From Lama glama (Eukaryota): DNA of 64,000 nt. The position numbers and the translations under genes were made by a program. The stretch spans positions 26,538,001-26,602,000 of the forward strand of contig CM052817.1 of assembly GCA_028534125.1 (NCBI GenBank). Direction: 5' to 3'. Under the pieces are notes generated by a model, which had not been told where the DNA came from, searched no databases, and saw only the letters and a program-made list of their open reading frames with translations. Shown piece by piece: positions 11,945 through 22,760 of this stretch. The stretch's first letter is position 1. Each line of letters begins with the position of its first letter.

Positions 11945-12520
11945 ATGCTGAGTTCCATCAAGTGTGTGTTGGTGGGAGACTCTGCAGTGGGGAAAACCTC
12001 TCTGTTGGTGCGCTTCACCTCAGAGACCTTCCCGGAGGCCTACAGGCCCACGGTGTATGAGAATACAGGCGTGGACGTCTTCATGGACGGCATCCAGATC
12101 AGCCTGGGGCTCTGGGACACAGCCGGCAACGATGCCTTCAGGAGCATCCGGCCCTTGTCCTACCAGCAGGCGGACGTGGTACTGATGTGCTACTCCGTGG
12201 CCAACCATAACTCCTTCCTGAACCTGAAAAACAAGTGGATCGGTGAAGTCAGGAGCAACCTGCCCTGCACCCCTGTGCTGGTGGTGGCCACCCAGACTGA
12301 CCAGCGGGAGATGGGGCCCCACAGGGCCTCCTGCGTCAATGCCATAGAAGGAAAGAGACTGGCCCAGGATGTGAGAGCTAAGGGCTACCTGGAGTGCTCA
12401 GCCCTCAGCAATCGGGGGGTACAGCAGGTATTTGAGTGTGCCGTCCGAACTGCCGTCAACCAAGCCAGGAGACGCAACAGAAGGAGGTTCTTCTCCATTA
12501 ATGAATGCAAGATCCTCTAA
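11945..12520 (+). CDS. RHOH: Rho-related GTP-binding protein RhoH (TTF), 191 aa, intronless CDS
   Basis: P-loop GDSAVGKT with S13, effector loop [14 protein letters not shown] with N62, ITAM-like Y73/Y83, polybasic [12 protein letters not shown] insert and CaaX box CKIL. Nearly identical to the human RhoH sequence as I recall it. Start context AAGATGC, stop TAA. Confidence 0.99.
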   Translation: MLSSIKCVLVGDSAVGKTSLLVRFTSETFPEAYRPTVYENTGVDVFMDGIQISLGLWDTAGNDAFRSIRPLSYQQADVVLMCYSVANHNSFLNLKNKWIGEVRSNLPCTPVLVVATQTDQREMGPHRASCVNAIEGKRLAQDVRAKGYLECSALSNRGVQQVFECAVRTAVNQARRRNRRRFFSINECKIL

Positions 12521-13740
12521 ACCCCGAAGACTTTACCCAACACTCGTTTCCTCTGCCCAAAGACTAACTGAGACAGGGAGAGCCTGCAAGCCAGCAAGGA
12601 TTGATACTCTTTCTGGATACAGCAGCGTTTCCTTCCTGAAAAGTGTTTCCTTTCGGATACAATTGATGAGACTTGGCTACTGGATGTTTTTACAAAATAC
12701 ACTCTACAAATGGACTCTTTGCCCTTGCCAACTAGACGATGCCTTGAGCAACTGTAATGAATACTCCATCTTCAACTAAAAAAACCAAAGTGGTCTCCAT
12801 AATTTTGGACAATGAAGTGAGTTTTCCAAAGCATTCTGTATTTAAAGACATTTTATTTAAATAATAACAAAATGAATAGCTCTTGGATATAATTAGTTTT
12901 TACACTTGGAAAGTCTTCCTACCTACTCACAAACACCAGCTGATGTGTGAGTGAAATGAGCTTACTGGGCTGTGCCATGCCTGCAGTGGTACTGTTTTCA
13001 CCTGAAGTAGTCATTTTGTTGAGACCACTTGCCTGCTAGATTTTACTAGGTAATCAAATTTTAAAACAACCGTCAACTGATTCTTGCAACTAATTTCCCA
13101 CCCACTGTTTATTCAGAGTTGTACATAAAATACATGTCAATGCAGTAAGATACTTTGATACTGCCTACTGACTTTAAACAGCTGTCATATGTCTCTGATT
13201 ATTTTTTTAAAAGCATTTATTTATGGTATAGCCTTTCACCTAATGAACTCCAATTATGCACTAACTAGTCCCGTCTCATTCACCAAAACAGACTGAAGGA
13301 AACATCTTTCAGGTAGAGATCAGACTGCTCTAAGTGATAGCAGCAGAGCTTGGAGCAGACGCGAGGACGTCTCACTTTCACTTTGGGGACCGTTGCACTT
13401 CGCCAGCGTCTTCTGACCCTGGGACTCCTAGCTGGTTGTAGGTCTTGTGAAAGACCAGACTCGGTTTTCTGTGATGGCAATTCAGCAAATTTGTTGTTTG
13501 AACTCTAACCTGAGCTGGCATGGCAACATAATTTATTAATTTTAGGATCTAATCAGAATCATTGGGAAGATATCTAGGTGTCTATGTATCTGTGTCAGGG
13601 AATAAAGGTGGAATTTGTAACTTTTACTAATTTCATGAATATGAAACACCGGAGCAGAAAAAATCACAAATTTCAAGCACAGGGAACAGGAAAACTGTAC
13701 AGCAATTGCTTAGATAATAAAAGTTATCAGGAGAGATACT
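12521..13740 (+). other. RHOH: RHOH 3' UTR (end uncertain)
   Basis: Repeat-free AU-rich sequence after the stop codon. ATTTA at 12840, 12855 and 13215-13223; AATAAA at 13601, 13716 and 14104. Confidence 0.55.
13601..13606 (+). terminator. Candidate RHOH polyadenylation signal
   Basis: First canonical AATAAA I found after the stop codon, followed by T-rich sequence (TTTGTAACTTTTAC). An alternative lies at 13716. Confidence 0.45.
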
Positions 13741-15377
13741 GAGTAAATAGGAACACCGCCTACCCCCATTCTATCTAATAGCTTAAAAGCAATGGCACTG
13801 ATCATGTTAAAGTTGAGAACAGAGGACTATGTCGCTTCAGAAATGGCAAAAGCTGGAACCCAGGTGTTTCGTTTACTCACCCAATCAAATGAAACCTAGA
13901 ACCACTCTGAATCACGTTTATTACAGCTCATGGTGGTTAGGGTGTAACACGCCATCACACACCAATGGTGAGCAGTTGGCGTAATGACTATGATTAGACT
14001 TTTGTTATGTGGTCAGTTCTTTATAGTGCTAATCAATGTCAAAATCAAACGTGTGCTTGTCTCCACATTGCCTTCTCTTTCTCCTCTTCACTCATCGACA
14101 TCCAATAAAGGGGCTGGGACCTGGGTCTTTGTCTCTGGGGCCCGGGTTCCCTGGGGCTGACATAGCTGCCTTCACCCTGACATCTCCAGCTCTCCAGGCC
14201 CACAGCTCATCCTCTCCTCAGTATCACCTGTGTGCCTTAATTTGCGAGCTACCATATCCAGCTCTCCACGCCGGGCAGCCAGAGGGTTGGAGGGCTTCTA
14301 AGCTGGCCAGGCAGGTGAGGCGATGGGAGTTCATCTCCGCAGTGTCCCTGTTGACCCTCCTCCTCTTCTCCATCAATCGCCAGCGGTCTTAAGGAACATG
14401 TGCAGGTTTTCCTTCAGGGTCAGTCTTTAGGGTGGAGGGTATTTAACACAATAGCAGGAATCAATTTCTAATCATTACAACTGGCTTTCCCCAAGCTTTT
14501 CTTTCTTTCTTGTTGAAGGGAGATTGGTTGGCGGGGGTTGGGGGATAGGGGGCCAGGATCTGAAAATGGGAAGGCCTAGTTACCTGATTCTAAGAGAGGG
14601 GAGAGGAGGTGATTCCATGGCAGAAGTGGTATTACCAGGGAAGGCCAGAGAGGGCGAGGCCAGGTGACTTTGCCTTCACCTGGGCAGACACACAGGTGAG
14701 CCATCTGCCTGTTGGCTGGAGCCAAGCTTAAAGGCCCCCTCTGAGAACCCTTACACCTAAGAATAGGAATCCACATGTAAACTCTCCCCAGTGATAGGAA
14801 CTGGCATAAATTGAAGCCAGTCAGCATCCCTCTCCCTTATTAGACTACAGTTCTTGAAGGCAGAGCCACCTCCTGTTCATTTCAGTGTCCCCAGGGCCCA
14901 GCTCAGGGAAAGAAAGGCAGCTAAACAAAGTCGTGTTGAATTGAATTGGAGAGAAAGTCAAGAATTGGACGGATGTGCTGCAAAGCGGTTACAGGAAGGA
15001 AGCAGACCCTCACCAGCTGTGCAGGGGTAAGAAGTGAAAATAGGCCATTTTCTTGGAATCCATGCAGTTTATGCTCTACATGACTGTGTATTTCTTTCTC
15101 CTGCTTAGATGCAGGCATATGCTTCTTACACTTCAAAACTTGCAGTACCTTTTTTGTGGACTATTGTATGTTGATTCTTAACCATCTCGCGTAGCAACAT
15201 TAAATATGCTCTTGTTTACATTAAGGAGTTGGTTGAGTGGTTGAGTAATTCATCCTATTCTGTTCTACTTTATACTGACTATCTAAATACAGTGGCACAA
15301 GCTAGTGTGATGAAATTAGGCTGACAAGAAAGCAGAGAGCATCGCAATGGTTATAGTTTGTTGAGAGCTTGGATGTG

Positions 15378-15560
15378 CCAGGCCCTGTGCTAAGCACTTG
15401 AGTGTGTGTGTGATCTCACCACGTGGTGTGTAGGTAGCCACACTGTGAGTACCATATTGCACAGGAAACTGAACGTTGACCGGCAAGTCCAAGGCCAGAC
15501 AGTAGGTGAGTGGCTGCACCAGGAGTCTTGAGCGGGTCTGTTGGACTCCAAAGCTCTGCT
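15378..15560 (-). mobile_element. MIR SINE
   Basis: GCCAGGCCCTGTGCTAAGCAC...AGGAAACTGA...CCAAGGCCAGACAG...GACTCCAAAGCTCTG. Confidence 0.65.
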
Positions 15561-17719
15561 CAAAACCACTGTGCCCCACTTCCTCCCAGAGCAGCCCGAC
15601 CATGTGGTTTTGCCACATCCGATCTCATGTAACCTTATAGGTCCCAACCCTACCAGTCAAGTGGCCTGTATTTTAAAAATTGCTTTTAATAAAATATTTC
15701 AATTCTTTGTCCTTCCCCCCTTTTATTTTTCTTCCTAGCAATGAGAAGGGGACCTAAGTTACAGAGCACCATCGTTTGCAAAGGTGTTTGCTCTAACCCT
15801 TGGCTTTTCAGTATAATTTCATAGGTTGATTACATATGAATTGGCAGAGATGCAATACATCATGCTGTGATGCTTCGAAAAGCTTGGAAAATAGTCTCTT
15901 TTTCTTATCTCACTACTTTTCCATCCCTCAGGTCTCAGGTATTTCCTTTGAATGAGGGAGTGACTGGGAGAGGAGAGCCTGGTTCTTTCTGTTTAAAGAT
16001 CTGGTACTAGGGAAGGGCACTTCACCCATCATGGGATGGGATGGAAGGAGTCCCGCTTGCCATGCCTGTTGGGTTGTGATACCACAGAGGGGACTGGGCA
16101 TCTGTGAGTGTTCATCCCCGAAGCTGAGAAGGCTCTCCTATGGATTGAGTCAGATCAGAACAACTCAAGGGTAGGTAGGGCCCTATTTCTCCTCAGTCTG
16201 TATCTCTTCTGATAAAAGAAAGATGCATACACACTCTCCAAGATCTTCAGCAGTTTTTCAACAGAAAAGATAAAATAAACCACAGAAATTACTTGTGATG
16301 TAAAGTTCCTAAAGAGCACTCGAGTCACCCTAAAGTCCACATTAATTTTTGTGGTCGATTCTAAAATACATCCTGACATGGAACTTAACACTTAATGGAC
16401 AGACATGATGAGGCAGTAAGAGTCTAGACAGCTGTGATCTGTTTTGGAGTCACAAAGTCTGGGTCATGTGTCTTTCAGCTTCAGTTTCCCTAACTTAAAA
16501 CAGATACTAACTCCTGGGTTACTCTAAGAATTAGCACAATAATGATTGTGGAAGTGCTCTGTGTCTATGAACTATTGTTCAAATGCTGGTGCCAGTATGG
16601 TTTTTTTATGTGCCTATGCAGATACATAGGCTGAACATTCTGGATAAGATCAGAATATTCCAGAACTTGTCAGCAGTGGGCCACGAGATGGGAAACCTAC
16701 ACAGATGTAGGCGCCATTGGTAGCAACGCTCAACAGGGTACAGTGAGTAAAATGACATGTGGTGGCAATAGTGACAAACTACATTTGAATGCCTCCTGGT
16801 TCTGGGTTTGTGCTGGGCACTTTATAGTCCTCCTCTCATTAAATCCTCAGAATTTGCTCATAAGGTGGATAATATTCTCTTTCTGTTATAAGAAACTGAG
16901 GCTCAGGCAGATATATGGAGATAATTCCTTCATGCTGTTACTTTTCAAAATGTCCCAGTTTTCCCATGTAATTTTGGTGTAATTAAACTTGACCAGTTTA
17001 TTTATTATATGGTGAATTATATTTAAAGTTCACTGTGCGTGCTAATTTAGCTAAGATGCTGAGAATGATCCCTGTCACACGTTGATGATTAAGGCTTGGC
17101 AGCCTTCCTGTGAGAGATTCCTTTTATCCTTTTCCCTATTAAAAAATCTCAGGTGGTTCTTACCCCACTGTCCTGGTGGTCCCTGCTGGCTGTTCCCCCC
17201 CCCCGCCCCCGCCATTTCCATTTTCCATGCTTGGCTGCCCTCCCCGTGCCTGGGGAGCTAACCCTGGGAATGCGTCACCCAGGATCTCTCCCTGGCTGGC
17301 TTCCACTTGGATGTAGCTCTTGGGAGACTCTGGCTAGAAGTCAGAGGGTGGGAGGAAAGAACAGTTGGGTGTTTTTTCCGGCTTTGGTGATGTTTATCTG
17401 TCAATAGCTGTGACTCCCTCACACCTGCTGAGCAGCTTCTCCTTTATGCCTCCAACTTCCACGGGGCTCCAGGATGGCATTTCCTCACCATGCCCCTCAT
17501 GGTAAGTAATGGCTTCTTGCTTCTGAAGGATATGGGTTTGACAGCCTGGCTAACTGCCCTGTCCTGAGCCTCAAAACCGAGGAAGTGCCACTCTTGATCT
17601 CTATTTGCTTGGGAGAGAACAGAGTGTGTTGATTAATTTTAATCTGAATAAGCAAAAGAGTAATTCTGGAATAGCAGGGTTCAAGAATTGTGGGTCTTCT
17701 AATGGCATATTTTTATTTA

Positions 17720-18745
17720 AGAAGCTCTGCTATAAATATATAAAGAACCACTATGAATCAACAATAAAAACAGCTCAGTTTTAAAATGGCCATTTCTCAG
17801 AAGGGGAAATATGCATGACCAATAAACAAGAGAAAATGTGTTCAGTCTCACCAGGAGTCAGGGGAATGCAAACTAAATCCATAATGAGATATCATTGTCA
17901 TGCCACCACATTAGCAGAGAAAAAGTATGACTATGAAGTATCGGCAAGGATATGAAGCAATAAACTTATATGCATCTTGTGGGGATGTAAATTAATATAA
18001 CATTTTGGCATTACTAAGTAGTGTTGAATATTTTACACCCTTGACCTAGACATTTCATGCCCTGGAGATATACTTGCATAGATTTCCTGGCAAGCCTGTA
18101 TGAGAATGTTCTTAGTAGCATTGTAGGGGATAGCAAAAACTAGAAAGAACCCACTGTCATCCAAAGAGAATGTCTAAATGTTGGTATGTTCACACATAGA
18201 ATACTATGCAACAATGAAAATGAACTATAGCTATACATATCAATATAAATAAATGTAGACAAAGTTGAAAATAAAGCAAGTAGTGGGGGATGGGTGTAGC
18301 TCAGTGGTAGATTGCATGCTTAGCAGCATGAAGTCCTGGGTTTAATCCCCAGTACCTCCATTTAAAAAAAAGAAAGAAAAATAAACGATTAAAAAACTAG
18401 TAGCAAAATATATATATATATAGTATGATTCCATTTATATGAAGTTAAAATTCAAGCAAAACTTAATATAATAGTTAGGGTCAAAAACATTTAAGCATGG
18501 AAATGATTAACACAGCATTTAAATAAGTGGTTACCTCTTCTGGGGAGGGAAGGGAATACGATTGAGCAGGGTCACCCAGAGGTGTCACAGGTATTGGTAA
18601 TGTTCTATTTCTTAAGTTTGGGAAGTGGGTACATGAATGATCATTTAATTTTTTCTGTTATTTATTCTTCAAAAACTTCTTATGTGTTTTTTTACAACTC
18701 TTGTGTGTGCCTAATATAATTTATAATTTTGAAAGTTTTTAAAAA
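17720..18745 (+). mobile_element. Old L1 (L1M-type) ORF2 end and 3' UTR, split by a SINE
   Basis: AAAATGTGTTCAGTCTCAC...GGGAATGCAAACTAAATCCATAATGAGATATC...GTATGATTCCATTTATATGAAG...GGTAATGTTCTATTTCTT. Confidence 0.75.
18285..18392 (+). mobile_element. tRNA-Ala-derived SINE (Vic-1-like)
   Basis: GGGGGATGGGTGTAGCTCAGTGGTAGA...GTCCTGGGTTTAATCCCCAGTACCTCCA plus A-rich tail; TSD-like AAAGCAAGTAG / AAAACTAGTAG. Confidence 0.88.
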
Positions 18746-18769
18746 GTTCAGATTCTACAGTCAAATTGC

Positions 18770-18960
18770 CAGAACTTGAATTCCAGCTCTGACACTCCCT
18801 AGCTTTGCAGCCTTGTGCAAGTTAACTAGTCTCTGCACATTGGTTTCCTCATCCGTAAAGTGGAGAAAATAATATGATAGGGTGGTGAGGATTAAAGGAA
18901 TGAATATAGGTAAAGGCTGCACTATGTCTGGCACATACAAAGTTTGCAATAAATGGCAGC
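18770..18960 (+). mobile_element. MIR SINE
   Basis: TTGAATTCCAGCTCTG...GCAAGTTAAC...GTTTCCTCATCCGTAAAGTGG...GTGAGGATTAAAG. Confidence 0.8.
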
Positions 18961-21294
18961 TATACCATTCAGTTGTCATATTATACACGGCAGAGCTGGG
19001 AGGATCCTGCTCTGTGGTGGATGAAGACTTTAAAATCTTTCTGAAGCTCTGTGAGCTGGTGGCAGACTCAGCCCACCTCACTCTCCCTACCACCCTTTGG
19101 GTGCTTTTTCTCTAAGCTTCACGAAGAGAGAGGTTTTGTTTTACTTGTTCACTTTTCACAAGTTCACTTTTCAATCCAGGTTTCCTGTACTTTATAATTT
19201 GCAAGATTTTTTCTTAGCACGAAGCAGGTACATTTCAGCATTTTATAGAAGGGATCAGCAGAGGCTCTGTTCACCGATTTATTCATTCAGCATTTACTGG
19301 GATCCTTATGTTGGCTGTGGGGGCGATTCAAAGTAGAGGACTCAGTCGCTAAATGAGATAACAATCCGAGCATCTCTCCATCACTGATTTACCATGTTGT
19401 TTCATAACTATGTGTTTCTGTTTCCATTCCCCCATGGGACCAGGACATTTTTAGCACCAAGACTGCAAACTGCCAAAGCTGCTGCTTTTATGGAGTTTAG
19501 GATCTAGTTAGGTGGGGATAGCTGTGTATGTGCAGATAATTATGCAAACAAATCAGATAAATGTGGATGGGTGGTCAGTGCTATAAAGAAATGAATTAGG
19601 AAAAGGGAGAGGGAACACTGGATAGTTTATTCTTCTAACTGAGAAGCCTGGATGATGTAGACAAACTACATCATTTTAAAATAAACCATCCCTCTGAAAA
19701 AGAAAGCAGGCTTAACTTTTTCTCTGCTCGCCTCAAAAAAGGGACACATATGCTTTTCACAATAATCAGTGTTCAATACCCAGTTCCCTCCAGAAGTGAC
19801 TGACTTCACTGGGGATTCCAACCCATCTGACTGTTGGGTTAGGGCTGTTCCAAGGGATGCATTAGCAAATAGACTGGCATAGAAAAGTGACAGGATTTAC
19901 AGAAGCAGGGTGGTGCTGGGGGCTTACATAGAAAAGTTTCCAATGGATTCTGAAAACAAGGAAAGAAATGGCTAGAACTCAGGGTCTAGATAGGACTCAA
20001 AGTAAAGCAAGAGCTTGCCTGCTGAGCCCTGTAGAGCAATTCCAAGAATCTGTCCATGTACATGGTAGCACAGGCTTGAGAAGCAGCCATGTTACAGCAA
20101 GCTAGAGCCCATCTGCTGATGCAGTTGGAGAGCTCTCCCTTTATGGTTTAAATAGAACATGGTAAGGTGCCCCAATCTGTCTTCTGTCTGTGGAACTTTC
20201 ACACTGATGGAAAAAGGCAGAGGTGCAATTGACAAGTGAGTCATCGGAATTAACCAAAGGGCAGTTGTTGGATTGTAAAGCTGTAATCTCAGGGAACTAA
20301 AGATGTACTGAGTATTTTGATTGAAGATATTTTTTAAAAAATTTTCAGAAAGCCCTCCACTGTGTACATGAACTTCTCAGGTACATCTCTCCCTCTCCCT
20401 TTCTCCTTCTCATCATTTCTCTCTGCAGCCAGGTAACTGTGCCACCCATCTTTGGTATCTCCAGCATCGAAAATGGTGCTGTGCCCACAGTACATGCAGA
20501 ACTCTTACTTCTTGAGTGAATCAACCCTCATTACCATCATCTCACACATTCATTCATGTAGCACTTTGAAAGTGCCCAAAGTGCTTTTCCATGTCTTATG
20601 GAATTAGCCAGTATTTGCTTAGCACTCTATAAACGATCAAATACTTCATATATGGTGTCTCAGATGAACTCACAACAATGCTGTGGGTTATTATTATTTG
20701 GCCCGTTTTATAGGCAAGAAAGCTAAGGCTCAGGAGGGCTACGTGACTCATCTCTGTGCACCTAACTCATGCTTGGCAGAATCAGGATCGTACTTGGAAC
20801 TCTTGGCTCCGAACTCCCCTTCTTCTGCTCTGCTAGGCTTTCTTCTGAGGCTCCAGATGACCCTGTGAAGGAGGAGAGAGAGAGACGCGACCCAGGGAGG
20901 CGATGTGACATGTCCTGGCCATGCACGCAGCTGCTGACCAGAAGCGAGGTCTCTGTGTCTAAGCCCTGGCAGTCACTATTATCATCCTTATTATCAGAAC
21001 ACATTTAGCAAAAGAATTGAACCCGCTCCTGTGTGATTGTCTACTAAGCACTCATTAGATGAGTTAACAGACATAGATTGTATCTCTGCTTGACAAATGG
21101 AAAAGCATGAAAGAAGGAAGTTATCTGTTAATCCAGTACCCAAACCATGTTTGTAATACTTCTCTGGATACTGCATGAAAATGCACACTGAGTTTTTTTT
21201 CTCTCCCTCTGTTAGTGTATATACTTCCATTCAGGGTCTAAGATCTAAGTCAATATGGCTGGAACATTTTCTTCTGCTTCTCTATTATTTTGTC

Positions 21295-21400
21295 ATATTA
21301 TTACAATTATTATACTATATAGTATTAATTTATATAATATAATATAGTATATTATATTGTATATTATTACTATTATTATATTATATTAATATGCTATTAC
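21295..21400. repeat. AT-rich low-complexity tract
   Basis: Degenerate (TAT/ATA)n, almost entirely A and T. Confidence 0.85.
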
Positions 21401-21612
21401 TAGCTTACATTTTTGGAATTGGAAGAGACCTCAGGGAGGATTTAGCTCAACCTCATCACTTTGCAGATGAAGAAACTGACTCTCTAGCTGCCCAGGGACA
21501 TACACGTGGCTTCAGGAAAAACTGGGACTTGAGGCCCAGATTTTGTCTCCCAGCCTCTACCTTTGAGCTCTAGACTCCTTGTCCATTTGTTTCAGGTTTC
21601 AATGATGGAAAT

Positions 21613-21764
21613 TTATTTTTTTTTCCCTTTTATCACTCATTTTTATTTTGTTTTTTTAAATTGAAGTATAGTCAGTTTACAATGTTGTGTTAATCTCTGG
21701 TGTACAGCATAATGAATCAGCTATATATATATATATATATATATTCCTTTTCATGGTCTTTTCT
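21613..21764 (-). mobile_element. 5'-truncated young L1 3' end with internal (TA)n
   Basis: TTGAAGTATAGTCAGTTTACAATGTTGTG...GGTGTACAGCATAATG, T-tail, and TSD AATGATGGAAAT / AATGATAGAAGT. Confidence 0.85.
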
Positions 21765-22507
21765 AATGATAGAAGTCTAAAGGTTTACCCTTCTCTTAAA
21801 ATGTCAGAGGCAATGGCAGGTGATTAAAAAAAAAGAAGAAAATGTCAGTGGGAAAGACCAGCCCATGAAACCAGCAACAGTAGAGGCACAGAAAGACCCA
21901 GAACACGGCAGCCAGCCAGCAGCACCGCCGTGTCTGTTACTCTAAGCTCAACAGTCAGATCTATGAGCCTTGAATCACTCAGGGCTGGGGCTTCATGGGC
22001 TCCGGGGGAACCTGAAGGATGTTCTTCCTTCCTCCACCCAAATGCTCAGAAGGGAAATCTGCAAGCCAGCCTGGTTGGAACAGGTTAAAGGAATTATAAA
22101 GGAAAGATTCTTTGCACAGGTATATATTTCTACATCTGTCTCTCCCAGATTATACAAATATTGCATACTCATTGTTGAAAAAATTAGAAAGCAAAAGACA
22201 ATTAAAATGACTCCAATAATCCCTGTTCCGTCAATTTTTGTATTTACCTCTCCAGAATTTTTTCTTATATGCATACACGTGTATTTTTACAAAAATAGGA
22301 TTGTATGGTACAACCTAATTTCCAATCTGTTTTTTTTTCATTTACTGTCTTGTGAACAGCTTTTAATGTCAGCTTGTTAATGAGTATACATACTCCTACG
22401 CTGTTGTCTGTACAGGCAGTATGGTAACTATTCCAGATTTTTCCAAGGAACCTGTAACGACATGCTTGTTAATTGCATCTGTGGGCATCTATTGAACTTT
22501 GTACTGG

Positions 22508-22509
<2 letters not shown>

Positions 22510-22540
<31 letters not shown>
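22510..22540. repeat. (GT)15 microsatellite
   Basis: Direct read. Confidence 0.97.
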
Positions 22541-22541
<1 letters not shown>

Positions 22542-22574
22542 CCTTGCTTAAAGCCATAGTAAAAACCACAGATA

Positions 22575-22760
22575 TATCTGGCACTATGTACTTTATGTAT
22601 GTTAAATTGTTTTCTTGTGAGCACCCAAGAGGAAGGTACTATTTTCATCCCTATTTCACAGATAAGGAAACTTACCCAAGGTCAAGACACCTAGCATGTG
22701 TCAGAGTCAAGATTCCGTCCAGGCAATCTGTCTCAAGTCTGTGCTCCTGACACCACACTC
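22575..22760 (-). mobile_element. MIR SINE
   Basis: CCCTATTTCACAGATAAGGAAACTTACCCAAGGTCA. Confidence 0.7.

Noticed and set aside
11964..12322. Alternative-frame (11964-12185 +) and antisense (12020-12322 -) ORFs
   Set aside because: Shadow ORFs of the GC-rich RHOH CDS; the first starts at a non-ATG codon and neither shows a recognisable domain.
18291..18360. Possible tRNA-Ala gene
   Set aside because: Extra G-rich leader, A-tail, TSD, broken stems and a degenerate B box identify it as a SINE; the same applies to the copies at 1181 and 42772.
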